Part shown: positions 50,178 through 63,255 of the stretch, piece by piece
How the letters are laid out: each line of letters starts with the position of its first letter
Position numbering within the stretch: position 1 is the stretch's first letter
Assembly: GCF_009834535.1 (NCBI RefSeq)
Contig: NC_045696.1
Location: forward strand, 121,770,001-121,834,000
DNA from: Camelus ferus
Lineage: Eukaryota
Length of the DNA stretch: 64,000 bases
Direction: 5' to 3'
Made by a program: the position numbers and the translations under genes
Notes under the pieces: model-generated
What the model saw: the letters and a program-made list of their open reading frames with translations, nothing else
The model's database searches: none
Told to the model about the DNA's origin: nothing

Positions 50178-51859
50178 CCTTTGTCTTAGGCCTTTGGGAC
50201 TGCCTTGATGATAAAGTGTGGTGGTGGTGGTGCATGACTTCCACAGCTGGCTCAGAAAAGGTCCTACAGCTTCTGATGGTTTCTCTTGCACTGCTTACTT
50301 TTGGAACACAGCCACCATGCTCTGAGGACGTCCAGGCCATGTGCGACGTCTGCATGGAGAAGCTCCACCTGCAGCCCCACAAGAGGTCCAGCTGATAGCC
50401 CCTGTGAGGAGCCGTTTAGAGAGGACTCCAGCCCCAGCCACAGTCTGGCTGTAGCCACATGACAGTCCCAGTAAGCACCATCTGGCTGAGTCCAGTCAAC
50501 CCCTGGAACCCAGAGTGCTAATCCCTGTGACATTCTTTTCATGGTAGTTCTCTGCCCTCTTTCCTCCTGTCTCAAAGTCACTCATCTATTTTCTGTCTTT
50601 GTAGACTAGACTATTTTGGACAGTTCATACAGCACATGATGAAGAGTAGGAGGAGGAACTTTCCATGCCATTATCTGCTAAGGAGGTCAGGTAGTTAACT
50701 AGCAAGCCAGCTCTTTCTTTATGAATGGGAAGGCTGTCCCAAGGGAAGTCCAACTTGCATTAGGAAAGGCCTCTTTCTTTGCATGGAGAAGAGCTAAAGA
50801 AAAAATTAGCCAGATGGAGGCAGAGCATCCAAGCAGAAAAGGTATCATGTAATACTTGTTAGTGAAAAATACTGTATTTTTTTCCTGGAAACATCTTATC
50901 TCTGCAACTGCTCTGTGTACCAGGTAGGCCAGACACCTTAGCTTATGAAAAAGACATTCTCATGAGCAGTAGTAAGTCCTATTTCACTGTCATTACCTGC
51001 AACCCAACCCCCCTTGCCCGGAGGAATATTTATGGAAATTTAAGAGTGTGTCTCCTGTGTGCATGGAGAAGTCTGCTCCTCCAGTGCTGTATCTACTTCT
51101 CAGGGCCCCAGGCTACCTCTGCCACCCCACAGCTGTGCCTGGTCTGAGGTGAGGACAGGGAGGTGCACAGTTCTCCGTGAAGCCCATTCTCTTTAATGGT
51201 GCCCATCAGGGTTGAGCTGGGGATGAGCCCCCAGTCCACATTGCTTTTGGAATCCCACCAAGTCTGCAGACAGCTGAGGTTTTGTTCCTGTGCAGATGGT
51301 TGCACCTTGCCCTCAGAGGGTAAAGGAAGACAAATTCCTTGCAAATTGACTGCAGTGGGGCTGCCCGTATGTCCCCAGACCTTCGTGGAGACGGCTGAGC
51401 CCCAGTAAGGATCTTCTGTCTGAGTCAACCTTTCTGTCTCTTATGTTTGGGGGCACTCCAGATGAGCTGGTGCTGGGAGCCTTCTGCTGGTGGTGTGGCC
51501 TTTCTCCAGAGGCAGTTCGGGAAGGACAGTAGAGGCGGGGTGCACCACAGATACACACTCAGGCAGGACACATCGGAGATGGTGACCTCACCACGGCCGC
51601 CGCGCTCGGACTCCTGGGAGAGGGCCAGTTACCATGGTTTCATGGTGCAATGTTGCAGGTTTGGGTCCTCATTCCACCTCAGGCCCTGGGCTCGCCTTCC
51701 TTGGGGGTGGGGGTGAGGGGTTGGGGGGGTGGCCTGCCTGAGAGCTGGGGAGCCCTGGGGAGCCCTGCAGAGCTGCCACTTCAGTGATGTCTCCTGCTCC
51801 TTTAAAAAATTATTTTTATTTATTGTAAAATGTTAATAATTATTGTATTGTTGAATTAT

Positions 51860-51981
51860 TTTATTTTGGCGGTGGGGGGAGTAGTTAGGTTTATTTATTT
51901 TTAGAGGAAGTACTAGGGATTAAACTCAGGGCCTCCTGCCAGCTAAGCATGTGCTGTACCCCTCGAGCTATACCCTCCCCC
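51860..51981 (-). mobile_element. Vic-1-like SINE
   Basis: Ends ...gagctataccctcccc (reverse complement of the SINE head). Confidence 0.8.
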
Positions 51982-52783
51982 GCTCTTGCTCCTTCTCAGT
52001 CTTTCCTGTGATCTAACCAACTTCTGGCTTTGTTTTTGCCACCTTATCTATGTGCTAGTTTAGCACAACTTAAATCCTCTCACTGATTCCTGTAGAGATC
52101 CAGAAATCAAATGAGATATTTCAGGCAGTCATGGTAGGTTTTGAGCCCATGCTGAAAGACAGTATAGAAGGGTTAGAGGTTACACATTTTGACTCAAAAA
52201 CTTTCAAGGATAACCACGCCCTCCTCTGGTGAGAGCCATTGAGCGGTCCCCACCAGAACTCATATGAGAGCAGGGGCTATGTCCTCGGTACCCGGGGCCA
52301 CTGCCACAGAGCACCCGTGCCGAGAGCAGCCACAGAGGACAGGGGAATAAGACTCCCTCCAGTCCCCCATCGCTTCTTCCTGCAAAAACTTCCAGAACCC
52401 AAGATCGGTTAAAATCTGAATCGCTTCTGGTTTCTACAACTATCACATAACCACCATCATCCAGCTTACATTTTAAATTTTGGCACCAGCTCTGCAGCTA
52501 TTCATGCATCATGACCACACATACCATTTGGGTCAGGAACCTCCTAAATTTCCTTTTACATATTTGAACGGACACCTGGCCTTTCTTTGATCACCATATT
52601 CCAATCATACATTGAGTCCCACAAAGCAACAAATTATACACATGACATCAAAATACACACGTGTCACAGGGAGACCTACTCAAAAAGACCACAGGAAATA
52701 GGAGACACGAGCAGGTGAGGGTGGTGCCCTTTGCAGTATGTCTACACATTGGACCGCCTTGAACGTTCCGTATCCCTGAAGTG

Positions 52784-55263
52784 GAATATGGCTGATGGAA
52801 CAGCTTGCTGAAGGCGGCACTTCTCAAATCTGGGGCCTCAGAACACCCTTTACACTCTTAATAATCACTGAGGACCCAAGAAAATTTTTATGGGCCATAT
52901 TTATCAATATGTACCAAATTAGAAATCAAAATGGAAAAAATTTAAATACTTATTATCAACATATTAACATAAATGATATGCTACAGATAAACATGCTTTT
53001 ATGAACGATAACTATTTTCAAAACCAAAATAATATGCATAAGAAATTTGAAAATATTGGTTGTCTTTCAGACAGGTTTGTGTACTTGCCACAGTTGTCCA
53101 CGGCTGTCCACCAGATTTGAAAGAAGAACGAGAAAACCTACCTTAACCTCACACCAGCTTGTGGATCCAATGCTGCCTGCCATTCAGTAAACAGCCATCC
53201 TTGCCCACCATCAAGACCTCAGGCACTGCACTGCAGCTGACCCCAGCGATGCACCCTGAGGGGAATTCATGGAGAAAAACAGGACACTGGCCTTAGGTAG
53301 TTAAGATGCAGATCAAAGGATAATGTCAGAGGAGCATCTTCACCACACAGAAAGTCCACAAAAATGATCAACTTGGATGTCTGGAGGACTTTGTGTTTTA
53401 TTAGCATAATGTTTTGATACTCAACTACAGTTTTCTTCTTTTTTTTCCAGCAAAAACACCTGATTCTCCTGGCTCCTCTCTTACCTCTTTGAAACAGTTC
53501 CTCAGAGCAATCTGAGAGGCTGCCATCCCAGGCTGTAGTCTTCAGGAAGGCTGACAATAAAACATAATTCTCCACTATTAGGGTGTGCATTTTTTTTTTT
53601 CAGTCAACAAGGGGTAGAGAGAGATCAAAGGTCACCAATCTTTACATAGCAAAGCCAGCAGTGGGGTTTTCTGCCGCACCTACATGTGTGTTACGGTCTC
53701 AACAACTCAGGCTTTGGGAAACACCTGCTGTGGGTTATTTTGTCTGGTAAAGTCCCAAAGATGGGAGAGGGATGGCTTCTAAGTGTAATAGGAAAGAACA
53801 ATTCTGAATCCCTGTTGAATCTGTTGGTTTTTTTTTTTCTTTTTTAACTTTTACCTTTGTATTCCATTGCTTTTGCTACAAGACTGCTGCCTATAGCCTG
53901 AAACATACAGGCTAGCCCATTCTCAAGGCTCTGATCGTTAAAGGTCATTCATAGAGATACCAAGTTGCAGAACAGAGAATAACATTTGTCTTGTTGGAGG
54001 TTTACAGGAACATTATGACCTGAGTGAGGTGGACAGCTTTAAGAAAAAAGGATTCCAACTCCAAGAAGTTTGCAACAAACACCCCCCCCCCCCAATTCCT
54101 TATTTGGCATAAAAGCAGCCTGGATTCTAACTCTGTAGAATGAATGGTTCTTTCAGACACTAGTCCACCATCTTCTCAGTGAGCTGGCTTTCTGAATAAA
54201 GGCACAAATCGTTACCCCAACAATTTGACCCTGGATTTATGGGCTGTTACACGGCCAGGCATACAAGCTTGGGCTCAGTAACGTAAGACAGGTGAGCATC
54301 GGTGGTTAGGGGACTGAGTTTTTCACATGGTAAGGGCATCAGAAGGGAGCAGTTAGGAAATGTCCTTCACTAAGGGTGGGAGAAAGATTGACCCCAGGAC
54401 AAAGAAATGAAGCAGGAAAGTGGAGCAGGCGCTCAACACATCGTGTGATATCGGTTCTGTTTCCTTGAGCTCTGAGGATACTTATGCTGAGTCACCACCT
54501 TATAATGATTTTCTCCTACAGCGGAATTTCCCATGGTCCTCCTGTAGGTAGGGGCTAGTTGATACGTCCAACCAGGTACAGCTCGGGGAGACAACAGGAC
54601 AGGAGGATGGAGCCTTTCCTGTGCTTCGTACTGTTCTCCATCAGGTCACTTTTTGTCACATTCATATACACCTTGCTTGGTTCCAGGAAAGTATCCATAT
54701 CATGCTGTACTATGATTAGCTTTCTCATCCATGATCTTGGAATCCTCAGGACAGAAACTATCATTTGTCATCACTTAGTTACCATATGGCATTTGACATT
54801 TAAACGGAATCAATGTTTAAACAGAAAAAAAACCTGGAATAAGATGTTTCCCTCAAGGAGGAGAAATCATGACCTATTTGTTTCCAAGTGACTTAAGGAA
54901 TGACAAGAACAAAAAGAACCAATAAAGACTGCTAACCATGTTGTGATTATATAAACACAGATTTATTGGCTTCTGTCCTTTTATTATATATGTTATGCTC
55001 CTGCACAATTAAACTAATATTGGAGGAACTTTGGGATCAATGAAATATTTAGGTGATTAAGTATGCTTTAACATTACCCGCTATTACCAAAGATATCCGT
55101 TTATTCAAACTAAAGGGATTGAAAACAAAAAGGAAAAAAGGCAAAAAGGCGGTGGCTTCTCCACCAGACACTCCCCACCCCCCTACCCCGCCCCGCGGAA
55201 GGATTGGGAGGGATCGCGACCTCCCCGCAGACTGTCCTCGCGGCGCCTCCGGCCAGCCGGAGC
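52784..55263 (-). repeat. Inverted repeat arm 2 (2480 bp), ending at the gap
   Basis: Reverse complement of 30471-32950. Confidence 0.97.
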
Positions 55264-55363
55264 NNNNNNNNNNNNNNNNNNNNNNNNNNNNNNNNNNNNN
55301 NNNNNNNNNNNNNNNNNNNNNNNNNNNNNNNNNNNNNNNNNNNNNNNNNNNNNNNNNNNNNNN
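55264..55363. other. Scaffold gap (100 N placeholder)
   Basis: Exactly 100 N. Confidence 1.
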
Positions 55364-55669
55364 TGGGAGGTGCTTGGCCCTGGCCGTGCGCGCAGGAGGG
55401 ACGGGAGGCCGTGCGTGCACAGAGGAGCCCGCGGTTTCCAGTCATATCCAGTGACCCAGCAGGTGAGGTGCGCGTGTGAGCCCCTGGGGAGAGGACACCC
55501 ATCCTGCTCCCAAAGACGGGGCTTCAGCGGCTCTGCCCGGAGTCACAGGAGTGAGGACCTGGCAGCTCACACAACTGTGGGGCTCCAGACGCAGAACGCT
55601 CCGGCGGCACCGCCCGCTCAGGCTGTTGTGGGCATGGCTACGTAGGAGAGCGAAGCGGAGAAGTTCGTT

Positions 55670-56230
55670 TAAAGAATAATTTATTGAAATTGAAATTCCC
55701 ATAACGTAAAACAAACCATTTTAAAGTTAATATTCAGTATATTCACAATGTGCGACTTTCCACCTGCTTCCAAAATCATGTCCTTCACTCAAAAGGGTGA
55801 CCCTTCACCCCTGTGAACTGTTTCTCCCCCCCGGCCCTTCCTTGGCCACCACCAGTCTGTGGGTTTACCTATACCTGCGTGGAATGAGACGTTATGTGGC
55901 ACTTTGTGCCGGGCTTCTCTCTCTGGCTGTAGTGTCTTCCGGGCTCATTCACGTTGTAAAGGTGTCAGCGTTTCTCTCCTTTTTATGCCTCAACAATAGT
56001 CCGTGTGTGTATTTGCCACATTTTTTTTATCCATCATCTTTTGATGGACAGTTGTGTGGTCTCCACCCTTTGGCAAGTGTGAATATGCTGCAGGGAACAC
56101 GGGTGTGTGTGTACTTGTTTTGAGTCTCTGTTCAGGATTCTTTGGGAGTCGAACTGCAAAGTCACATAGGAGTTCTTGGCTTAACTAAAATTGTCGTCTT
56201 GAATCTTGGAAAACTGTTCTGGGCAGCACA
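55670..56230 (-). mobile_element. Old L1 3'-end fragment
   Basis: tttattgaaattgaaattcccataac...ttatccatcatcttttgatggaca pattern. Confidence 0.7.
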
Positions 56231-58888
56231 TCCTCATGGGTGCAGTTGTGCTGTGAATACCACATGCACCCTTCCCTGAAAGCAGTAGATGAAATCATGT
56301 GCAAGGGCCCCAAACGCTGGCTGCTGTGAGAAGGAAACGGGGAAAACCCCACGGGTAGGGGCTCGTCCTTACACTGGAGGTTTAAAAAAGAATGACAAGC
56401 TCCCTGTGAAGTAGTGTTTTCAGTGCCACCTGCAAAGGGAGCCAGGGCATCAACGCTGAGACTGCGGGACCAGGCTTTGGAGGGTGACAGCCAAGGGGGA
56501 TCTTGGCGGGTGGCACCAGGCAAACCGTGCCTGTGTGCCAGCCCGCCGCCCCCGCCGGGGAAGGGCTCTCACCCTGGTGCCACAACATATGTAATCGGTG
56601 AGAGAATAAAGATGTTAAGTTATGTTCTTTTTTGAAAAAAAAGTGGATTTACAGATCATTGACTCCATTTCTCTGCTGAAGCCTTTGCCATTTCCTGTTG
56701 CAAAAGCTGCCCCCCAGAGAGGGCTTTCATTGCTTGTGAAAATTGCTTTATGAAATGAAGACCAGAGGAGTCTGGTTGCCTGACATCCGTCAGACCACAG
56801 CTAGAGGCAACAGGAACCCAGGAGCCCAGGCCCCAAGGACGATGGAGCAACTGCTGCTCAGCTGAATCCATCATTCCAGTTAAGATGGAACCTGTGTGCA
56901 AGAGTCCCCAGGACCCAAGTGACCCACCCACTCCCCTACCCTCTGAGGGGTGGGCCCCCACCGCGGATGCTCCCAGCTCTTTGTCCATAGCCTTTCTGTC
57001 GGGCAGCAGTGAAGAGTTACAGGTGGGAGTGACAGCGTTCCTGCTTTCCCTGGGCATCCTGGGTTTACTCATGGACCCCCTGCTCTGCCCTGCTGCTCTG
57101 GGAAGCACAGATCCTGAGCTTCTGGGGAAATGGGTGAAAGAGGTGGTTGAAGGGAGTGCTTCAACATAGCCATCCTTGAACTTGAAACCCCCTTCCTCGA
57201 CTCTCCCCCCCCCCCCCCGGCCCCTCAACCTGCCCCAGACCAGCAATGTTTCCATCCTTCCTCTGATGGTCCATCTCAGGACCTGCACAGAAGGCACTGT
57301 TTTGGTGGATTAGTGTGTTTGTTGGGCTCTCAGGAGGGGGCAGCATTGGCAGCAATTCCACCCAATTAACATCAAGGGAGAGGGAGGCTCAGGGCTGGAG
57401 GCAAGCATTTCTTCTGGGCACATGCATCAGTTGTGTGTGTCCTGGGAAATGTGCGTGCCCAGGACAGGGCCTGGGGGCTGCCTCCTGTATCCCAACCCTC
57501 CCGGAACACTGGACGGCCAGTGGGAAGGAAGCATCTCCACACAGAAGCAGAATAAGAGGGCCATTCGCTGCCCGCCTTATTCAGTCCCCAGTAATCTGTC
57601 TTGCATCACTCACTTTTGTTGGGATTGACTAATAAGCACCATGCTTTCGCCCAGCCTGGTGGATATAAGCTGGGTGCTGGGGGCTGGCTCCCTAACCCAG
57701 TGCAGGAGGCCAGGCATGGGGCGGGCTGGGCACCAGTTCCAAGCCCTGCTCTGGAAAAACTGGCTCTGCAGAATCAGACACCCCGTGAGTGAGTGCAGCG
57801 TGTCCCACAGAGGTTGGGGATGAGAGGCTGGTCCCCACACTGCCCACAGGGAACTTAGGGGAGCCCGGACAACTGAAAGCCAGAACCCCCCCTCAGGGCT
57901 GGAGTAGCTGAACAACCATCATGACCAGCTCGAAATCAGGGCTGTGGCATTGGGTCAGAATAGGGCTAATTTAGAAAACCTCTTAAAAAAAGGGGAATTT
58001 GAACTTTAATAGATGTTTTGGACATCTGTTGTAAAAACTGAAGTGTGGATCTTCTTGAGGGGACAGGGAATGAAATGCATTTAATACAGAACCACAGCCT
58101 CACGGGGTGAGTTCAGTCCGTGAGGCTGCACAGTGTCTGTAACCGGAGGTGGTGTGAAGCGTCACTCAGTGTAATTCTTTGATGTCAGATCTTGAGTGTT
58201 AATGCACTTCTTTTGGAAACCATATGCAAATTGCAAACCGTATCCTAAGTAGCTTGGACTTGCTCAAACCCAGTGTGCACTGATGCTATGTAAATATTCT
58301 GTAAGAGGGTGTCTTAATGAAGTAGAAATCTTACTACTATGATTGGCTAACCTTTATTCCTAATGCTACTAGGTTAATATGAACACTAGTAAACGTCCTT
58401 TTCAGTAGAAGTAGCTCTGTCATTTCTGATGTTAGGGTCCACGCTTAGCTTATGGAGTTTTTGTTTGTTTGTTTTTTCCTGCTGACCCATTCTTCTGTTG
58501 AAAGAAATTCAGTAATTGACATTGAATTTCATTTTGCTGATTCTCATATGCAGGCTGTTCTTTCATCTTCAAAGTAAGGGAAATGTAAAAATGTAAAAAA
58601 AAAAAGGTGTTTTCTCTCATGCAAAGCTCTTCAGGATTAGAAGAATTTCAGTTGGAGATTTGCACAGAAGTTGTAAAGTCAGAAACTAACAAGTGAGATT
58701 TCTGCTGTTGCTGGATTGTTAGTGTGTTGGTGTCTTAAGTGTTTTTTCAATTTATGAACAGCATAATTTATTGATATACTGTTGGTTTTGGGGAACTAAG
58801 CCTATTTTTCTATGAAAGAATTTTGCAGGTGGAATTTAGATACCCAGGCTCCACTCTTTCTGGTTTTTTTGGAGAGGGGTGTTGTGGG

Positions 58889-59027
58889 TTTTTTTTTTTT
58901 TTTTTTTTTTTTTTTTGGCAGGGCGGGGAGGGAGGTAATTTGGTTTATTTATTTATTTTTAGAGGAGGTACTTGGGATTGGACCCATGCTGTGCATGCAC
59001 TCTACCACTTGAGCTATACTCTCCCCC
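58889..59027 (-). mobile_element. Vic-1-like SINE with long poly(T)
   Basis: Poly-T followed by ...gggattggaccc...tgagctatactctcccc. Confidence 0.8.
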
Positions 59028-60538
59028 TCTTTCTTGTTTTTGTTATCAACTCGTTTAAACCTCAAACCTGCTGAGTGGGAGAGGTACCAGGACTGTCTCT
59101 CCTTTGCTATTGGACACTTGAATTGTTTAAATGTTTTCATGGTTATTAATGCTGCTGAGATCAACACCCCATCAGAAATATTTTATGCATTTATGAATTT
59201 GATGACCACTTCGTTAAATGGTAGCTCAGGCATTGCATCATTCTTTGCCTTATTTTTCTTGTTGGTATTTATCACTTCTGACATCACATGGATTTACCTA
59301 TTAGTTAATTTCCTCTGGAGCTTGGATTCCTTAGGGCAGAGTTTTTTCTGGTTTGTTTACTAACGTATTCCCCAACACCCAGAACAGTGTCTGGAACCTA
59401 AGAGGACAGATGTCCAGTAGATACTTGTTGAATGGGGGAGAAAGCAAAGAATACAAGATTTATTGCATCTCTGCTGTGTGCTTGATGCTGGGTGAGCCAG
59501 CCAAATGCCTGCCCAGAGCTCCAGGCGCTGTAACTCAGGACAGAGGAAAGCAATGGGGTGTACACGTTCGTACTTAATGAACCTGCTTCTGGGTGGGGGG
59601 GGGGGGTCTGTCCTATGTGCGTCTCTGCGCGTGTGCGAAATGGTGTTTGCACCGGTAATTCGTTACAGCAAGAGAGAGAAAACGACCCGGGGGTTTGATG
59701 CTGAGACCTGGGAGCCCGTCCCCGACTGGACTCACGTCCCAGTTTTGCCACTTCCTTGGTGACTCGTGTGGGCAAGTTTCTTAACTTGGTTTTCTTCCCT
59801 GTGCAGTAAGATCGCTGGTAAGGATTAAACGAGTCTGTCGTGCTTGTAGTGTGAGAGCTGTTTTCTTACTTGGCCTCTGGCAGAGATGGGAGTGGTAGAA
59901 ACAGGTGGTCTTGGGCGTCCACAGGGGCAGGAGATGGCCCCATGGAATGCAAGGAGGGGGACAGAGCCAAGGATAACTTACGCCCGTACAGATGGGTTAG
60001 AATGGAGCCCAGTGGGTGCAGGGATACAGTGTGGCTTCACATCTCCTCACGCTATTGCCTTGGAAATACTGAGGCCGGACCCCTCTGGGTGATGTCTTTG
60101 AACTGACCTCTTTATCACAGGTTTCTCCTGCTCTCCAAAGAGAACCTGTCCATTCTTTGTTTCTGCACGGCTGCTTCCCAACTGTGTGTGAAACGGGGTG
60201 TAGTCATAACTGGGGGGATAATCAGTCTGACCATGAGATTAAATGGCCTCAAAGAAATGTTCATTTAGTAAGTAAAAATCAAGCAGCATTTGTCAGGTGA
60301 GTATACCATTGAGGGAAACATGTTTCATTTCATATTTAATTAAGAAAACTCCATGTTATTATATTTTATTCCTATAGTTCCTGTAGAAAACCTCTTATTA
60401 TGGATGGGCATTTCAGACAGAATAGTATGAGTATTGTAGAATGAATGAACAGTAACCATCACACTTGTATTCATACTTACTTAGCTTTACAGATTGTTGA
60501 AATTCTCTTATTCTTGGAAAAAAATTAAAGTAGAAGCA

Positions 60539-60691
60539 TTTAAATGTTTGGGGGAGGGCAGGAGAAGGTAATTAGGTTTTTTTTATTTATATACTTTTAT
60601 TTTTATTTTCTTAATGAAGGTGCTGGGGGTTGAAGCCAGGACCTCGTGCGTGCTGAGCCCGTGCTCCACCACTGAGCTGCACCCTCCCCCC
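60539..60691 (-). mobile_element. Vic-1-like SINE
   Basis: ...gggttgaagccaggacctcg...actgagctgcaccctcccc; flanking tagaagca repeats. Confidence 0.8.
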
Positions 60692-62101
60692 TAGAAGCAC
60701 ATTTTTGTAACTACTTAAAAACTGCTTGTTTTTTTCTCTTGAATTTTGTTTATTGCACAAACAGCACTAACAATAAGGAGCATTTAAAAAATCATCTAAA
60801 ATTGCATTATCCTAATGTGCCTGCTATTTTTGTGCTTTTTTTCTTGCTATTTGTTCAACTTTCGGCATCTGAAAAAAATTAAGGATTGGTTAAGTAAATA
60901 AATAAAGTCTCACAAGAAATAATAGAAAAAAGTCTCCAGTAACAATTTTTTTTCTTGTTTCTTGCTATCAAGAAAAACTTGATATTTAAACTGGAAAGGT
61001 AGGAGAATTAGCAACAAAAAGAAAAAAAATAACACCTAAAATGTCAGAAAGAAATGAGAACCCAGGTTATATAAAAAATTGCATCCTTAAGAACATACCT
61101 GATGTATATTTAGTACTAAAGGATTAAGGTGAGGTCTCAGAATCCTGTTCCGTGTCTTGAGAAATTCCTGTAGCCTGCAGGTGGGGCCAGTTTCAAAGGG
61201 AGGAAAACCCCATAAATTGCAGAATAATTGTGAACAGGATGCTAATCTCCAACATTAAATCATTAAAATGGTATTGTTAACCTGAATAAAAGAATGGGCA
61301 TTGTTTGACGCTTTTGTAGGTTTTACTAAAAAATGAATTATGCTCTTTAAGCCAATTTAACTTTTTTCTTAAAAAAAAAAAAAGACATGAAGACTGGGGC
61401 TGCCAAAATGTTTATTTGAACTAAGTATTTGAAAGGTCACTGATGAACATGTAAATACAAAGAAAACACCTCCATCTTATATGCTCTAAACTCATTTTCT
61501 TCATGCCTCAGTTACGGGGCGGATGTCTGCTGACAAGAGTTTCTAAAACCCTACTACACAGACATCATATCTTCTGATTTAAGAGGATATATCTTTCTAC
61601 CCAGGGACAAGTACCATAGATCGTATAGGAAAGGAACTAGACTAAAACAAAGAACTCGATCCGGCATGGTGCCCGTGCAGAGGGCGCTTTCTGGTTTTAT
61701 GTTTTTGTTTTTTTTTTAACATCTTTTTATATAGAGCTTTCTGCTGTTGATAGCTTTTCATTCTCACTCTCACAAACAGGTATTTCTCCTGCTTTATGGA
61801 GGGGAATCAAAGCAAAGGAGCGAGACTAGGCTTGCCCCTTGTCGGGGGACGGCGGGGCTGTGGGCTGACTCCAGATCACATTGCTGCAAGCCCCGTCCCG
61901 GCCTGGACCCTACCCCGGGCTCTGCCCCTTAGATTACAGCGTCTTCAGAAGCCCCTGAAAATGTGCTTTGTCTTGAGAAAATCCTGCAGGATTTATTCAG
62001 TAAAATGTGCTTCTGCTCACTGAGTGAGGAAAAATAACCAGATGAACAAACGCTTTATACCGCTGAAGAAGAGGAAGGTGATTTTTCACTCTACTTTTCA
62101 G

Positions 62102-62258
62102 GTATGCGACTTTTCCTTGGATGTACCTGATCTCCAGAATCTTCTCCAGTTCCAACATTGCTTTCACCTCCTACAAGTCCTTGGACTTCATCTTTGGCCT
62201 CCGCACCTTGCTGATGACCGTCATGCTCCGGCTGCTGGCCACCACCTCCAAAGTCCAG
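62102..62258 (+). pseudogene. ABCA13: Isolated ABCA13-like exon (157 nt, second TM domain)
   Basis: cttttcag|G TAT...GTC CAG|gtcagt. [52 protein letters not shown] versus recalled ABCA13 [52 protein letters not shown]. Gene versus pseudogene status is uncertain. Confidence 0.85.
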
Positions 62259-62637
62259 GTCAGTGAGTTTCAGTACTGCCGCCCCCAGGGCGCAGGGAGA
62301 AGAGAGTGCTGACTCATGCCTGGTCTGTTACTTTCCAACTGAGATTAAATGAAATGTGCTAGTATCCACTGCCTTCAACCTCCAGGAAGAGAAATTGGCT
62401 CTAAGTAACAGAAACGTCTGTGTCATGGTAAGAGCCTCCCCCAGGCTGGTGACCACAGCCAAAGCACGAGCATTTGGTGCTGTTCCCTTCGTGAGGCCAG
62501 ACCCAGAGGCGTGCTCATGGCCGCATCCATGGGTGCGTTTGTGGATGAGTCACTGATTGATGGTTGAAGAGTGGATGTGGATGTGAAATGTGTCCTGGCG
62601 AGGTGTCATGGGAGAGGGGTCAGATCTTCGTCTCTTT

Positions 62638-62715
62638 GGGGTTGGATGCTCCAGGGTCATAGGTCCTCGGGGTCGGATGCTTCAGGGTCATCGGTCCTTG
62701 GGGTCAGATGCTTCA
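62638..62715 (+). repeat. 31-bp minisatellite, about 2.5 copies
   Basis: ggggt(t/c)ggatgct(c/t)cagggtcat(a/c)ggtcct(c/t) repeated. Confidence 0.8.
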
Positions 62716-63255
62716 AAGTGGGATTGGCCACAGTGGCAAACCACACTGTTGGACCACAGCAGGTCCAGATTATCTGGGTGATTCTGCCCTTTCTCCTCTG
62801 ACCCCTGGAACTTATTTGGATTTGCTGCTTTCAAAATGTTGGAGCAAAGGGCTGCCCTGAGAAATGTCTCCTAATTAAGGAATGTGTCTCCTGGTGGGGA
62901 GGATGCCCTTCTCAGAGAACCCTCTCTCCAGCAGGCCATTGGCATCAGCAGGCCAGTTTGGGTATTATCCCAGCAGGTGTCTAGATCAAGTGGAATCCAC
63001 TTGTGCTGACACATCCTTCTTGTCCCCTCCAGGCTCCTTCCGCCCATCTCCTCCTGGGAGGCCTGCCTAGGTCTTGCCTGCTTCAACTCACCTTCCGTTT
63101 TCCATCTTCCGCAGCCTACCCTGCGCTGCTTGTGGAGTAGACTCAGAGTTCACCCTCTCCTTTGCGTTTATGTCAACTTCTCTTTTACTTTCTCCTCTTG
63201 GCTCTGAGCACACTGTGCTCTCCTGGCTCCCTACTGTACAGACCCCCATTCCTCA

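Noticed and set aside
2463..62258. In-frame LANCL2-ABCA13 fusion after flipping the contig
   Set aside because: LANCL2 exon 2 ends in phase 1 and the ABCA13 exon needs phase 2, and nothing shows that rc(1608) joins 55364.
62638..62715. 31-bp repeats as a CRISPR-like array
   Set aside because: Directly tandem with no spacers, in mammalian DNA; an ordinary minisatellite.
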